From positions 1 to 27,642 of the forward strand of contig JBKKAE010000373.1 in NCBI GenBank assembly GCA_046714835.1: a DNA stretch of 27,642 nucleotides, given 5' to 3'. Below, in pieces: positions 6,878 to 14,289 of this stretch. Source of the DNA: Actinomycetota bacterium. Its GTDB lineage: Bacteria > Actinomycetota > UBA4738 > HRBIN12. Positions within the stretch are counted from its first letter, which is position 1. Every line of letters starts with the position of its first letter. The position numbers and the translations under genes are program-made. The notes under the pieces were generated by a model. It had not been told where the DNA came from, searched no databases, and saw only the letters and a program-made list of their open reading frames with translations.

Positions 6878-8341
6878 ATGGCAGAACGCATCTCCGGGCA
6901 CGGCACCGTGGCGCGGGCCCTCGTGGGGGTGACCGCCTCCCTCGCCCTGCTCGTGGGACTCGTCACGGCCGGACTGACGGTCCAGTGGGTCGGGCTCCGC
7001 GGGATCGGCACAGACGACATCTTTCACCCGGTGGGCCCGTCCGGCTCGCCCACACCGGCCCAGACCGGGCCCTGCGCCGACCAGGCGTGCAACTACCTGC
7101 TGCTCGGCTCCGATTCCCGGGCCGGCCTGTCGCCCGAACAGCAGGAGCAGTTCGGGACCGACGAATCGATCGGTGGTGCGACCCGAGCGGACACGATCAT
7201 GCTGGTCCACACCGATCCTCGCCTCCAGAAAGCGATCGTCCTGTCCTTCCCGCGGGATCTCTGGGTCGCGATCCCGGGTCGCGGTCACGACCGGATCAAC
7301 ACCGCGTTCGAAGGAGGGCTCCGTCGAGGGGGCGCGCAAGTGGTGGCCCAGACCGTCGCGAACCTGACCGGCCTGAAGATCGACCACTTCCTCTACGTCG
7401 ACCTCGAAGGCTTCCGCCGGACCGTGACGACGCTGGGTGGCGTGGACATGTGCATCCCGGCGTACAACGTGAACACCCCCGGGGACCTGACCGGGACCGG
7501 CCCCGACGGCGAGCCGATCCTCGTCCACTACGACGAGGTCGGCCACATCGCGGACCCCAACTCGGGGCTGAACATCGAGCCCGGTTGCCAGCGACTCGAC
7601 GGTGATCAGGCGCTCGCCTACGTGCGTGCGCGGCACCTGCCCTGCGATCACATCCCCGACTTCGCACGGATCGGCCGCCAGCAGCAGTTCCTCCGTGCCG
7701 TCGTGAACCAGATGCTGCAACCGAGCATGGTGGTGAAGGCCCCCGCCCTCGTGGGTCCGGTCCTGGAGAACCTGCGGCGCGACGCGGACCTGCTGCCCAG
7801 CGACCTCGTGTACCTCGTCGGCCAGCTCCGCGGCCTGTCGACGGGTGCCGTCGAGTTCCGGACGGTGCCGGGCGTGGCGGCGCAGGAGGGAACGAAGGCC
7901 GTGTTGAGGATGGACCCGTCGGCGAACGAGATCTTCCGGGCCATCAGACAGGGCCGCCCGATCGGCGACGTGGGAACACAGCTGGTCAACACGCCGCCGT
8001 CCGAGGCGAACACGAGGGTTGCCGTGGTCGACGCGGACTCGGAGGGCACCGCCTCCGCCGTCGAGAGCGTCCTCTCCGACGCCGGGTTCGACGTCACGCC
8101 CGGGATCTGGTCGGTGTCCGAGGCGTCTATCGACGTCACCGGTCCGGCCATCGTGTTCCGTCCCGAGGCGAGCGCGGAGGCGCAGGTCGTCGCCGCGTAC
8201 TTCCCCGACCTCGCACTCGTCGTGTCTGAGGACCTGCGCGGCGCCCAGGTGGCGATCGTGGTCGATGCGACCTATTCCCTCGTGCGCCCCGGCCAGAGTG
8301 GCGGGAACGGCGGCACCGGGGAGTGCCCGGCCGTCGGGTAG
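6878..8341 (+). CDS. LCP (LytR-CpsA-Psr) family glycopolymer-peptidoglycan ligase with C-terminal LytR_C-like domain
   Basis: N-terminal TM, then NYLLLGSDSR, RADTIMLVH, LSFPRDLWV, DRINTAF, ALAYVRARH and DFARIGRQQQFL (conserved Arg residues). C-terminal VAVVDA...AGFDV domain. Candidate -10 TAGTCT at 6861-6866. Confidence 0.92.
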   Translation: MAERISGHGTVARALVGVTASLALLVGLVTAGLTVQWVGLRGIGTDDIFHPVGPSGSPTPAQTGPCADQACNYLLLGSDSRAGLSPEQQEQFGTDESIGGATRADTIMLVHTDPRLQKAIVLSFPRDLWVAIPGRGHDRINTAFEGGLRRGGAQVVAQTVANLTGLKIDHFLYVDLEGFRRTVTTLGGVDMCIPAYNVNTPGDLTGTGPDGEPILVHYDEVGHIADPNSGLNIEPGCQRLDGDQALAYVRARHLPCDHIPDFARIGRQQQFLRAVVNQMLQPSMVVKAPALVGPVLENLRRDADLLPSDLVYLVGQLRGLSTGAVEFRTVPGVAAQEGTKAVLRMDPSANEIFRAIRQGRPIGDVGTQLVNTPPSEANTRVAVVDADSEGTASAVESVLSDAGFDVTPGIWSVSEASIDVTGPAIVFRPEASAEAQVVAAYFPDLALVVSEDLRGAQVAIVVDATYSLVRPGQSGGNGGTGECPAVG

Positions 8342-8345
8342 GCGA

Positions 8346-9482
8346 TCAGGAGGCGGCGCGTCGGCGCGGCGTCTCCAGCGCCAGGCGGTAGGCGGCGACC
8401 TGCCGCCGCGCCGCCTCCTCGGGCGAGAACCTCCGAGCTCGTTCTGTCCCGGCAGCGCGAAGCTCGTCGCGCAGCGTCGCGTCATCGAGGATCCGGAGCA
8501 TGGCCTCGGCCCACCCGTCCACGTCGTCGGGGGCAACGAGGATCCCGGCGCCCCCCAACACCTCGGGCAGCGCGGTGCGATCGGACGCGATCACGGGACA
8601 CCCCAGAGTCATCGCCTCGGCGAGCGGGAGACCGAATCCTTCATAGGTCGAGGGGTATACGAGCGCCGCCGACTCTCGGAACAACGCCTCGAGCTTCTCC
8701 GGGGACACGCGCCCCAGCCGCCGGACGTTCGGGGACAGGCCCAGCTCCTCGATCGTCCTCGTCACGGCGCCGTCGGCGGAGCCAGGGGCGCCGGTCAGCA
8801 CGAGGACGGCGTCGTCGCGCGCGGCGACCACCTTCGCGAACGCCGTCAGGAGCGTTCGGTGGTTCTTGTGGGGGTTGGTGATCGCCGGATAGAGGAATGA
8901 GCGTCTGTCGGCCGACGCGCGTGCCGAGCCGCTCTGGGTAGGCATGAAGAGCGGCGCGCTCACGACGTGGACGCGGTCCGGGTCCGCGCCGAGGAGCTCG
9001 ATCACCGTCTCGCGGACGAACGCGGAAGGTGTCGTGATGACGGACGCCTGCCGGACGGAAGGACGGAACCGGGCTCGGAGGTAGGCGCCCTGAGCCCGGG
9101 CAAGCGTCTCCGGCAGCTCGATCGGGCGGAGGTCGTGGATCGTCAGGACGCTCGGCCGGTTGCGCAGCCAGGGCACGACGTTGTTGAGGTGATGGACGAG
9201 ATGGAGCCGCGCCCTCGCTGCCTCGCGCAGGAGCCATGTCGACTCGGCGGCGATCCTCGCGGCGCGGGACGTTCCGTCGATCGGCGCGATCGCCGTGCGG
9301 AACCGTTCAGCGAGCTCCGGGTGCGCCTTGGGAAACGTCCGAGGGCCGAGCAACGTGATGTCCACCACGTCGCGGGCCCCGTCGTCGAGCGCCCGCAGGA
9401 GGCGGATCGCGTACTCCTCGGCGCCCCCCGCGGCCTCGGGGCGCAGCCACATCAGGTTGATGCCGATCCGAGGCTTCGTCAC
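8346..9482 (-). CDS. Glycosyltransferase family 4 (WbdB/mannosyltransferase-like)
   Basis: GINLMWLRPEAAGGAEEY, LTIHDLRP, YPAITNPHKNH and YPSTYEGFGLPLAEAMTLGCPVIASD. The GTG at 9482 overlaps the upstream stop. Confidence 0.9.
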   Translation of the reverse strand: MTKPRIGINLMWLRPEAAGGAEEYAIRLLRALDDGARDVVDITLLGPRTFPKAHPELAERFRTAIAPIDGTSRAARIAAESTWLLREAARARLHLVHHLNNVVPWLRNRPSVLTIHDLRPIELPETLARAQGAYLRARFRPSVRQASVITTPSAFVRETVIELLGADPDRVHVVSAPLFMPTQSGSARASADRRSFLYPAITNPHKNHRTLLTAFAKVVAARDDAVLVLTGAPGSADGAVTRTIEELGLSPNVRRLGRVSPEKLEALFRESAALVYPSTYEGFGLPLAEAMTLGCPVIASDRTALPEVLGGAGILVAPDDVDGWAEAMLRILDDATLRDELRAAGTERARRFSPEEAARRQVAAYRLALETPRRRAAS

Positions 9483-10579
9483 GTGCCCGTCTCCGCTGCC
9501 TCGGCGTAGACGGCCGCGACGAGCTCGGCCGAGCGGTCCCAGGAGAACGACGCGGCCCGCACCTTCCCCGCCGCCCCAAGCGACTGGGCGAGGTCGGAGT
9601 CGTTCAGGACGCGCTCGATCGCGCCGGCGATGGCGTCGGTATCGACCGGGTCGACCAACAGCGCCGCGTCGCCCGCTACTTCCTCGGTCGCCGTGCCGGC
9701 CGACGTCACGACCGGCACGCCGTGCGCCATCGCCTCTAGGACCGGAAGTCCGAACCCCTCCCCGAGGCTCGGGTAGACAACCACCGACGCGCCCGCGTAC
9801 AGGGCGTTCAGGTCGTCGGGAGGAACGAAGCCGAGGGGACGAACGAGCCCGTCCAGGGACGACACGCCGTCCGAGAGGTCCTCTTTCCAGCCCGGGGGAC
9901 CCGCCAGCACGAGCTCCAGGCCGGGGCGGGCGACGCGGCGGAACGCTTCGAGGACACGCGGGAGGTTCTTCCGCGGCTCCTGCGTGCCGCAGAACAACAC
10001 GTAGGGCCGTTCGATCCCGTAGCGGCGTCGAACCTCCGCTCCCTCGAGCCCGCCGGAGGTGCGCATCCGCACGCCCCACGGAACCAGGCGGAGCCGTTCG
10101 GGATCGATCCCCGCGGCACCGCACGCATCCATGGTCGCCCTCGACGGACAGATCACGAGCCTGGCGTGGCGCCGCGCGAGGTCGAGTCCGCGCCGAAGGA
10201 CCGCGCGCGAGTGCCACGTGTAATGGTCCGGAGAGTCGAGGAAGAACAGATCGTGCACGGTCGCGACCAACGGGGCGTTCGACGGCGGGACCACGTATCC
10301 GGCGTCGTGGACCACGTCCACCGGGCCCGTCGCACGCTCGACCACCGGGTGGCGGAGCCATTGCCACGCCTCGTACAGCACGCGTCGCGGAAGAGGCAGC
10401 TGTCGCACGGGGACGGGAGGCCGGAAGGCCTCCGGCGGAGGCTCCCGATGACGGGCGGAAACGCCGACGAGGTCAAGATCGCCACGTCGACCGAGTGCCC
10501 GGAGCAGCTCCACCGTCGATGTGGCGATCCCGCCCGGGACAACGTGCCATGACTGTTCAACCGTTACCGCGACGCGCAT
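9479..10579 (-). CDS. Glycosyltransferase family 4 (WbdB/mannosyltransferase-like)
   Basis: VATVHDLFF, GTQEPRKNLPRVL and VYPSLGEGFGLPVLEAMAHGVPVVTS. Confidence 0.92.
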   Translation of the reverse strand: MRVAVTVEQSWHVVPGGIATSTVELLRALGRRGDLDLVGVSARHREPPPEAFRPPVPVRQLPLPRRVLYEAWQWLRHPVVERATGPVDVVHDAGYVVPPSNAPLVATVHDLFFLDSPDHYTWHSRAVLRRGLDLARRHARLVICPSRATMDACGAAGIDPERLRLVPWGVRMRTSGGLEGAEVRRRYGIERPYVLFCGTQEPRKNLPRVLEAFRRVARPGLELVLAGPPGWKEDLSDGVSSLDGLVRPLGFVPPDDLNALYAGASVVVYPSLGEGFGLPVLEAMAHGVPVVTSAGTATEEVAGDAALLVDPVDTDAIAGAIERVLNDSDLAQSLGAAGKVRAASFSWDRSAELVAAVYAEAAETGT

Positions 10580-10629
10580 GCGGGATGACCTGCGGCAGAC
10601 GACGGATGGCGTGCAGAGGGCGAAGACAC

Positions 10630-10649
10630 GGCTGGTACTCTAGCCAGCC
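10630..10649. promoter_or_regulatory. Palindromic bidirectional promoter: overlapping -10 hexamers TACTCT (+) and TAGAGT (-) inside the inverted repeat GGCTGG-N8-CCAGCC
   Basis: The sequence GGCTGG TACTCTAG CCAGCC lies midway between divergent glycosyltransferase starts at 10579 and 10701. The + strand copy has an extended TGn motif. Confidence 0.5.
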
Positions 10650-10700
10650 CCGGGCTCCAGGTTGGTCGGATCCCCGCTTCTGCTGGTCCGGAGGGCCCAG

Positions 10701-11966
10701 GTGCGCGTCACGATCGTCAACCTCTTCTATCCACCCAACCTGGCGCCGTCCGCGCATCTGGCCGCCTCGCTTGCCGACCACCGGGCGGCCCTCGGCGACC
10801 AGGTGACGGTCGTCTGCGGGACGGGCGACTATCTCGGCGGCTCGGAGCGAGGGGCGCGTTCCGCGCACGACCGTGGCGGCGATTCCGGAAACCCGAGGGT
10901 GATCAGACTCTGGACACCCGCCCTCGGGAAAGCGAGCACGGCGCGGCGACTTGGTGACTACGTCAGCTTCCTCGTCGGTGCGATCGGCAGGCTCCTCACG
11001 CTGCCGAGACAGGACGTCGTGATCGCGCTCACAACCCCGCCCCTCATCCTCGTGGCCGCCGTCGCACATCGACTCCTGCATCCCCGCACCCGGATCGTAC
11101 TGTGGTCACACGACGTGTACCCCGACGCTGCCGAGGTGTTCGGCACGATCCGCCCTGGAGGCATCCTGTCCCGAGCCCTGCGGGCGATCTCGAGATGGCT
11201 GCTCCGTCGCGTGGACCATGTCGTGGCCGTCGATCAGGCGATGCTGCATCGGGTACGTACCGGGTACGCGCGAGACGGTACGCCCGAGGGATCGGTCATC
11301 CCCACCTGGGAGCCACTCGCCCTTTTCCCCGGTGGGGACCGGCCGGCACGGTGGGAGGCCTATGAGGATCCGGACCTCGCGGGACGATTCATCGTCCTGC
11401 ACCTCGGCAACCTCGGATTCGGTCACCGCACCGACACGATCGCGGGGGCCGCGGCTGCGGTCGCCGAGGAGGGCGTGACCTTCCTGTTCGTGGGCGGTGG
11501 GGAGCGATTCCCGGAGCTCGCGGAGGAAGCCGCGCGCCGGCATGTCGAGAACATCCGGTTCCGTGGCTACGTCCCGAAGGAGCAAACCCCGGCGGTCCTC
11601 GCGGGAGCCGACTGCGCCCTCATCTCCCTGGACGACCGCTCGATCGGCATCATGAGCCCCAGCAAGATGAACGCCGGCCTGGCGATGGGGCTCCCAGTCC
11701 TCTACGCCGGTCCGACGGGCACTAACGTCGACGAGGCGATCACGGAGTACGACTGCGGGTTCTCGCTGCGCCAGGGCGACGTCGCGGGACTCGCCGATGC
11801 GATCCGCCGACTCCGCTCCGATCCGGATCTCGCCGGGGAACTGTCGAAGAACGCCCGGCGCGCCTTCGAGGAGACCTACTCCGATCGGAGCGCCCTCGCC
11901 AGATTCGACTCGCTGCTCGAGGAGCTCACCGGCTCCGGGTCGCGTCCCGACCCGAGGATAGGATGA
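10701..11966 (+). CDS. Glycosyltransferase family 4, WcaI/WbuB-like
   Basis: MRVTIVNLFYPPNLAPSAHL, LWSHDVYPDAA, LHLGNLGFGH, FLFVGGG, and MSPSKMNAGLAMGLPVL (PSK motif). SD GGAGG about 6 nt before GTG 10701. Confidence 0.88.
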   Translation: MRVTIVNLFYPPNLAPSAHLAASLADHRAALGDQVTVVCGTGDYLGGSERGARSAHDRGGDSGNPRVIRLWTPALGKASTARRLGDYVSFLVGAIGRLLTLPRQDVVIALTTPPLILVAAVAHRLLHPRTRIVLWSHDVYPDAAEVFGTIRPGGILSRALRAISRWLLRRVDHVVAVDQAMLHRVRTGYARDGTPEGSVIPTWEPLALFPGGDRPARWEAYEDPDLAGRFIVLHLGNLGFGHRTDTIAGAAAAVAEEGVTFLFVGGGERFPELAEEAARRHVENIRFRGYVPKEQTPAVLAGADCALISLDDRSIGIMSPSKMNAGLAMGLPVLYAGPTGTNVDEAITEYDCGFSLRQGDVAGLADAIRRLRSDPDLAGELSKNARRAFEETYSDRSALARFDSLLEELTGSGSRPDPRIG

Positions 11967-12820
11967 CCGTCCCGAGAGGAGTGAGCGTGGGAGGCGACGA
12001 GATCCGCGTGTTGCTGGTGGGCACCGACGACGATTTCGGGACCGAGCTCGAAGGCGAGGGATTCGACGTCGCGCGCATCCCCGACCTCGCGTCCCTCGGT
12101 CCGGGATCGGATCAAGACGCGGTGATCGTCGCCCTCGATGACCCCGGTCCCCTCGAGGCGCTCGAGACGCTCCGTCTCAAGACGCCCGCGGCCGCCATCC
12201 TGGTCCTCACGACAGCGGAACGAGAGGCCGACGGCGCTGTGGCCCTGCATGCGGGGGCGGAGGACCACCTCGTGCACGGCTCGATCGCCGAGGGTCTGCT
12301 CCCCCGGGCGATCCGCTACGCCGTCGAGCGACGGCGGATGCGCCGCGAGCTCGCGACGGTCGACGAGCTCACGCGACTCCCCAACCTCCGAGGCTTCTTC
12401 GCGATCGCCGAGCACCAGTTGCGGATGGCCGATCGTGCAGGCACCCCCGTCGTGCTGCTCTTCGTCCGTTTCGACGATCACCAACCGGCGAGCGAGGGGG
12501 ACGCCGGCGCCGCGGACCAGGTCGCCCTCGAAGCCGCCGAAGTGCTCCTCAGCGCGATCCGCGACGCCGATCTCCCCGCGCGCATCGCCGACGACACGTT
12601 CTGCGTGCTCCTGTCCGGTGACGCCAGGGGCTCGGAGGTCGCCGTGCTCTCGAGGCTCGTGGAGGCGATCGCCGTGCACGACGCGAGCAAGCCCCAGCCA
12701 CACCCCCTCGCACTGTCGGTCGGCAGCGCGATCTACGACCCCGGCCGTCCCGTCCCCCTCGAGGGATTGCTTCGAACCGCCGAAGCGGAGATGCGACCGC
12801 ACTCATCCGAGACCCGATGA
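11963..12820 (+). CDS. Pseudo-receiver plus degenerate GGDEF-domain protein with intact RxxD I-site (putative c-di-GMP receptor)
   Basis: REC-like IRVLLVG...DAVIVAL...AILVLT...AGAEDHLVHG...RAIRYAVER, linker DELTRLPNLRGF, and RDADLPARIADDTFCVLL (ADDTF in place of GGDEF). The ATG overlaps the glycosyltransferase stop. An alternative start is GTG 11987 after GGAG. Confidence 0.85.
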   Translation: MTVPRGVSVGGDEIRVLLVGTDDDFGTELEGEGFDVARIPDLASLGPGSDQDAVIVALDDPGPLEALETLRLKTPAAAILVLTTAEREADGAVALHAGAEDHLVHGSIAEGLLPRAIRYAVERRRMRRELATVDELTRLPNLRGFFAIAEHQLRMADRAGTPVVLLFVRFDDHQPASEGDAGAADQVALEAAEVLLSAIRDADLPARIADDTFCVLLSGDARGSEVAVLSRLVEAIAVHDASKPQPHPLALSVGSAIYDPGRPVPLEGLLRTAEAEMRPHSSETR

Positions 12821-12840
12821 GCTGCGAACACCTCTTGCGA

Positions 12841-12867
12841 TCATCCGATCTCCAGGAGGGCGGCGAA
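12841..12867 (+). promoter_or_regulatory. SigK-type ECF promoter (TCATCC-N17-CGAA), probably autoregulatory
   Basis: Resembles the mycobacterial SigK consensus CCATCC-N15-CCGAA and ends 13 nt before the sigma ATG at 12881. Confidence 0.5.
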
Positions 12868-12880
12868 CACGAGCGCATCC

Positions 12881-13489
12881 ATGACCCTCGAAAGGACGCA
12901 GGGCGCACCCATGGGCTCCGCTGAGCCGGTCGCGGCACGAGACGAGGACCTCGTCATACGGGTCGCCGCCGGCGACGAGCTCGCGTTCCGCGAGCTCTTC
13001 TCCCGGTACGCTTCCGTGGCGCATGCACTCGCCTTCCGGCTGGTCCGTCATGCGCACGTGGCGGAGGAGATCGTGCAGGAAGCATTCCTCGCCGTGTGGC
13101 GAAGCCCCGATCGGTACGACCGAACGAGAGGGTCGGTCCGCGCGTGGCTGATGGGGACGGTCCACCACCGTGCCGTCGACGCGGTGAGACGAGAGCAGGC
13201 GCAGCGCCGTCGCGCGGAACAAGCGGCGGCGCTCGGATCTCCGTTCACGGAGGACCCGACCGACGACGTCTTGTCGGCGATCGATCTCCCTCGGGAGCGC
13301 CGGCTCATCCGGAACGCGCTCGCAGAGCTCCCCGATGAGCAGCGTGAGGTCATCCAGCAGATGTACTTCGACGGCATGTCCCAGTCGCAGATCGCCGAAC
13401 GCACCGGTCTCCCGCTCGGCACGGTCAAGTCCCGGACGCTGCTCGCCATGCGGCGGCTCCGCTCCAAGATCGGCGAGGCTGCGCCATGA
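12881..13489 (+). CDS. ECF RNA polymerase sigma-70 factor, SigK-like
   Basis: AEEIVQEAFLAVWR, RGSVRAWLMGTVHHRAVDAVRRE, and region 4 LPDEQREVIQQMYFDGMSQSQIAERTGLPLGTVKSR. Confidence 0.93.
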   Translation: MTLERTQGAPMGSAEPVAARDEDLVIRVAAGDELAFRELFSRYASVAHALAFRLVRHAHVAEEIVQEAFLAVWRSPDRYDRTRGSVRAWLMGTVHHRAVDAVRREQAQRRRAEQAAALGSPFTEDPTDDVLSAIDLPRERRLIRNALAELPDEQREVIQQMYFDGMSQSQIAERTGLPLGTVKSRTLLAMRRLRSKIGEAAP

Positions 13490-14175
13490 CCCGCGACCAT
13501 CAGCTGATCGACGAGCTCCTCGCCGTCCGGGCCCTCGACGGCCTCGACGAGGACGACGCCGATCGCCTCGAACGAGAGCTCGCCGCCCACGGCGACTGCG
13601 CCGAGTGCCGGCGGCTCGAAGCCGGCCACCTCGAGGTCGCCGGGATGCTGCCGCTCGCGCTCGATCCTCGCCCCGTGGACGGAGACGTGGCGGACCGCAT
13701 CCTCGCCCACCCCCAGCAATCAGGTCCCACCGCCGCGCCGCTCGATGAGGTCTCCGCCCGGAGGGACGGTCGCCTCGGTCGGTGGCAGGCTGCCTTCGGC
13801 GTCGCGGCGGCGGTTGCCCTTGTCCTCGCGATCGTGCTCGCCACGCGGCCGGGCGGCGTGCCCGTCCCCGAGACGATCGTCGCCTTCGAGGGGACCCCCG
13901 GGGAGCTGGCCATGGCCTACACACCGGGGGAGCGCGGGGTTCTCGTGTGGGGGACGGGCCTCCCCGATCCCGGCGCCGAGAGCGTCTACGAGCTGTGGAT
14001 GATCGAGGACGGCGACCCCATCCGTGGCGCATGCCTCGCGCCGACGGATGGAGCGGTCGCCGCGTATGTCGACGCCGATCCCTCATCCGCCGAGCTCCTC
14101 GCCGTGACGGTCGAATCCTCCGAGTGCCCGGAGGCGCCGAGCACCGATCCGATCTACACCGCCGAAGTTCGCTGA
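13486..14175 (+). CDS. Anti-sigma factor, RskA-like, with N-terminal atypical zinc-binding (ZAS-like) motif
   Basis: ATGA overlap with the sigma gene. HGDCAEC motif, single TM (WQAAFGVAAAVALVLAIVLA), and RskA-type C-terminal motifs YELWMI and LLAVTVE...P. Confidence 0.88.
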   Translation: MTRDHQLIDELLAVRALDGLDEDDADRLERELAAHGDCAECRRLEAGHLEVAGMLPLALDPRPVDGDVADRILAHPQQSGPTAAPLDEVSARRDGRLGRWQAAFGVAAAVALVLAIVLATRPGGVPVPETIVAFEGTPGELAMAYTPGERGVLVWGTGLPDPGAESVYELWMIEDGDPIRGACLAPTDGAVAAYVDADPSSAELLAVTVESSECPEAPSTDPIYTAEVR

Positions 14176-14214
14176 CCACCCGAGGCTTCCACCCGAGGCT
14201 CCAGGGTGCCTCGG
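14176..14214 (+). repeat. Tandem 12-nt direct repeat CCACCCGAGGCT x2 plus inverted copy of CCGAGGC
   Basis: 14176-14187 and 14189-14200 are identical. GCCTCGG at 14208-14214 is the reverse complement of 14193-14199. Confidence 0.7.
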
Positions 14215-14289
14215 ACGTAGCCTTCTGACCGTGACGGCGGCCAAGCGAGGTCGGACTCACCCGACGCAGGTATCGAGGCTAGCGCCACG

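Noticed and set aside
630-10367. Long N-terminal extensions in the ORF track (wzt to 2438, GT to 5113, hypothetical to 6329, GT to 10367)
   Set aside because: They overlap upstream same-strand genes. Each true start coincides with a 4-nt RTGA overlap and the beginning of recognisable domain sequence.
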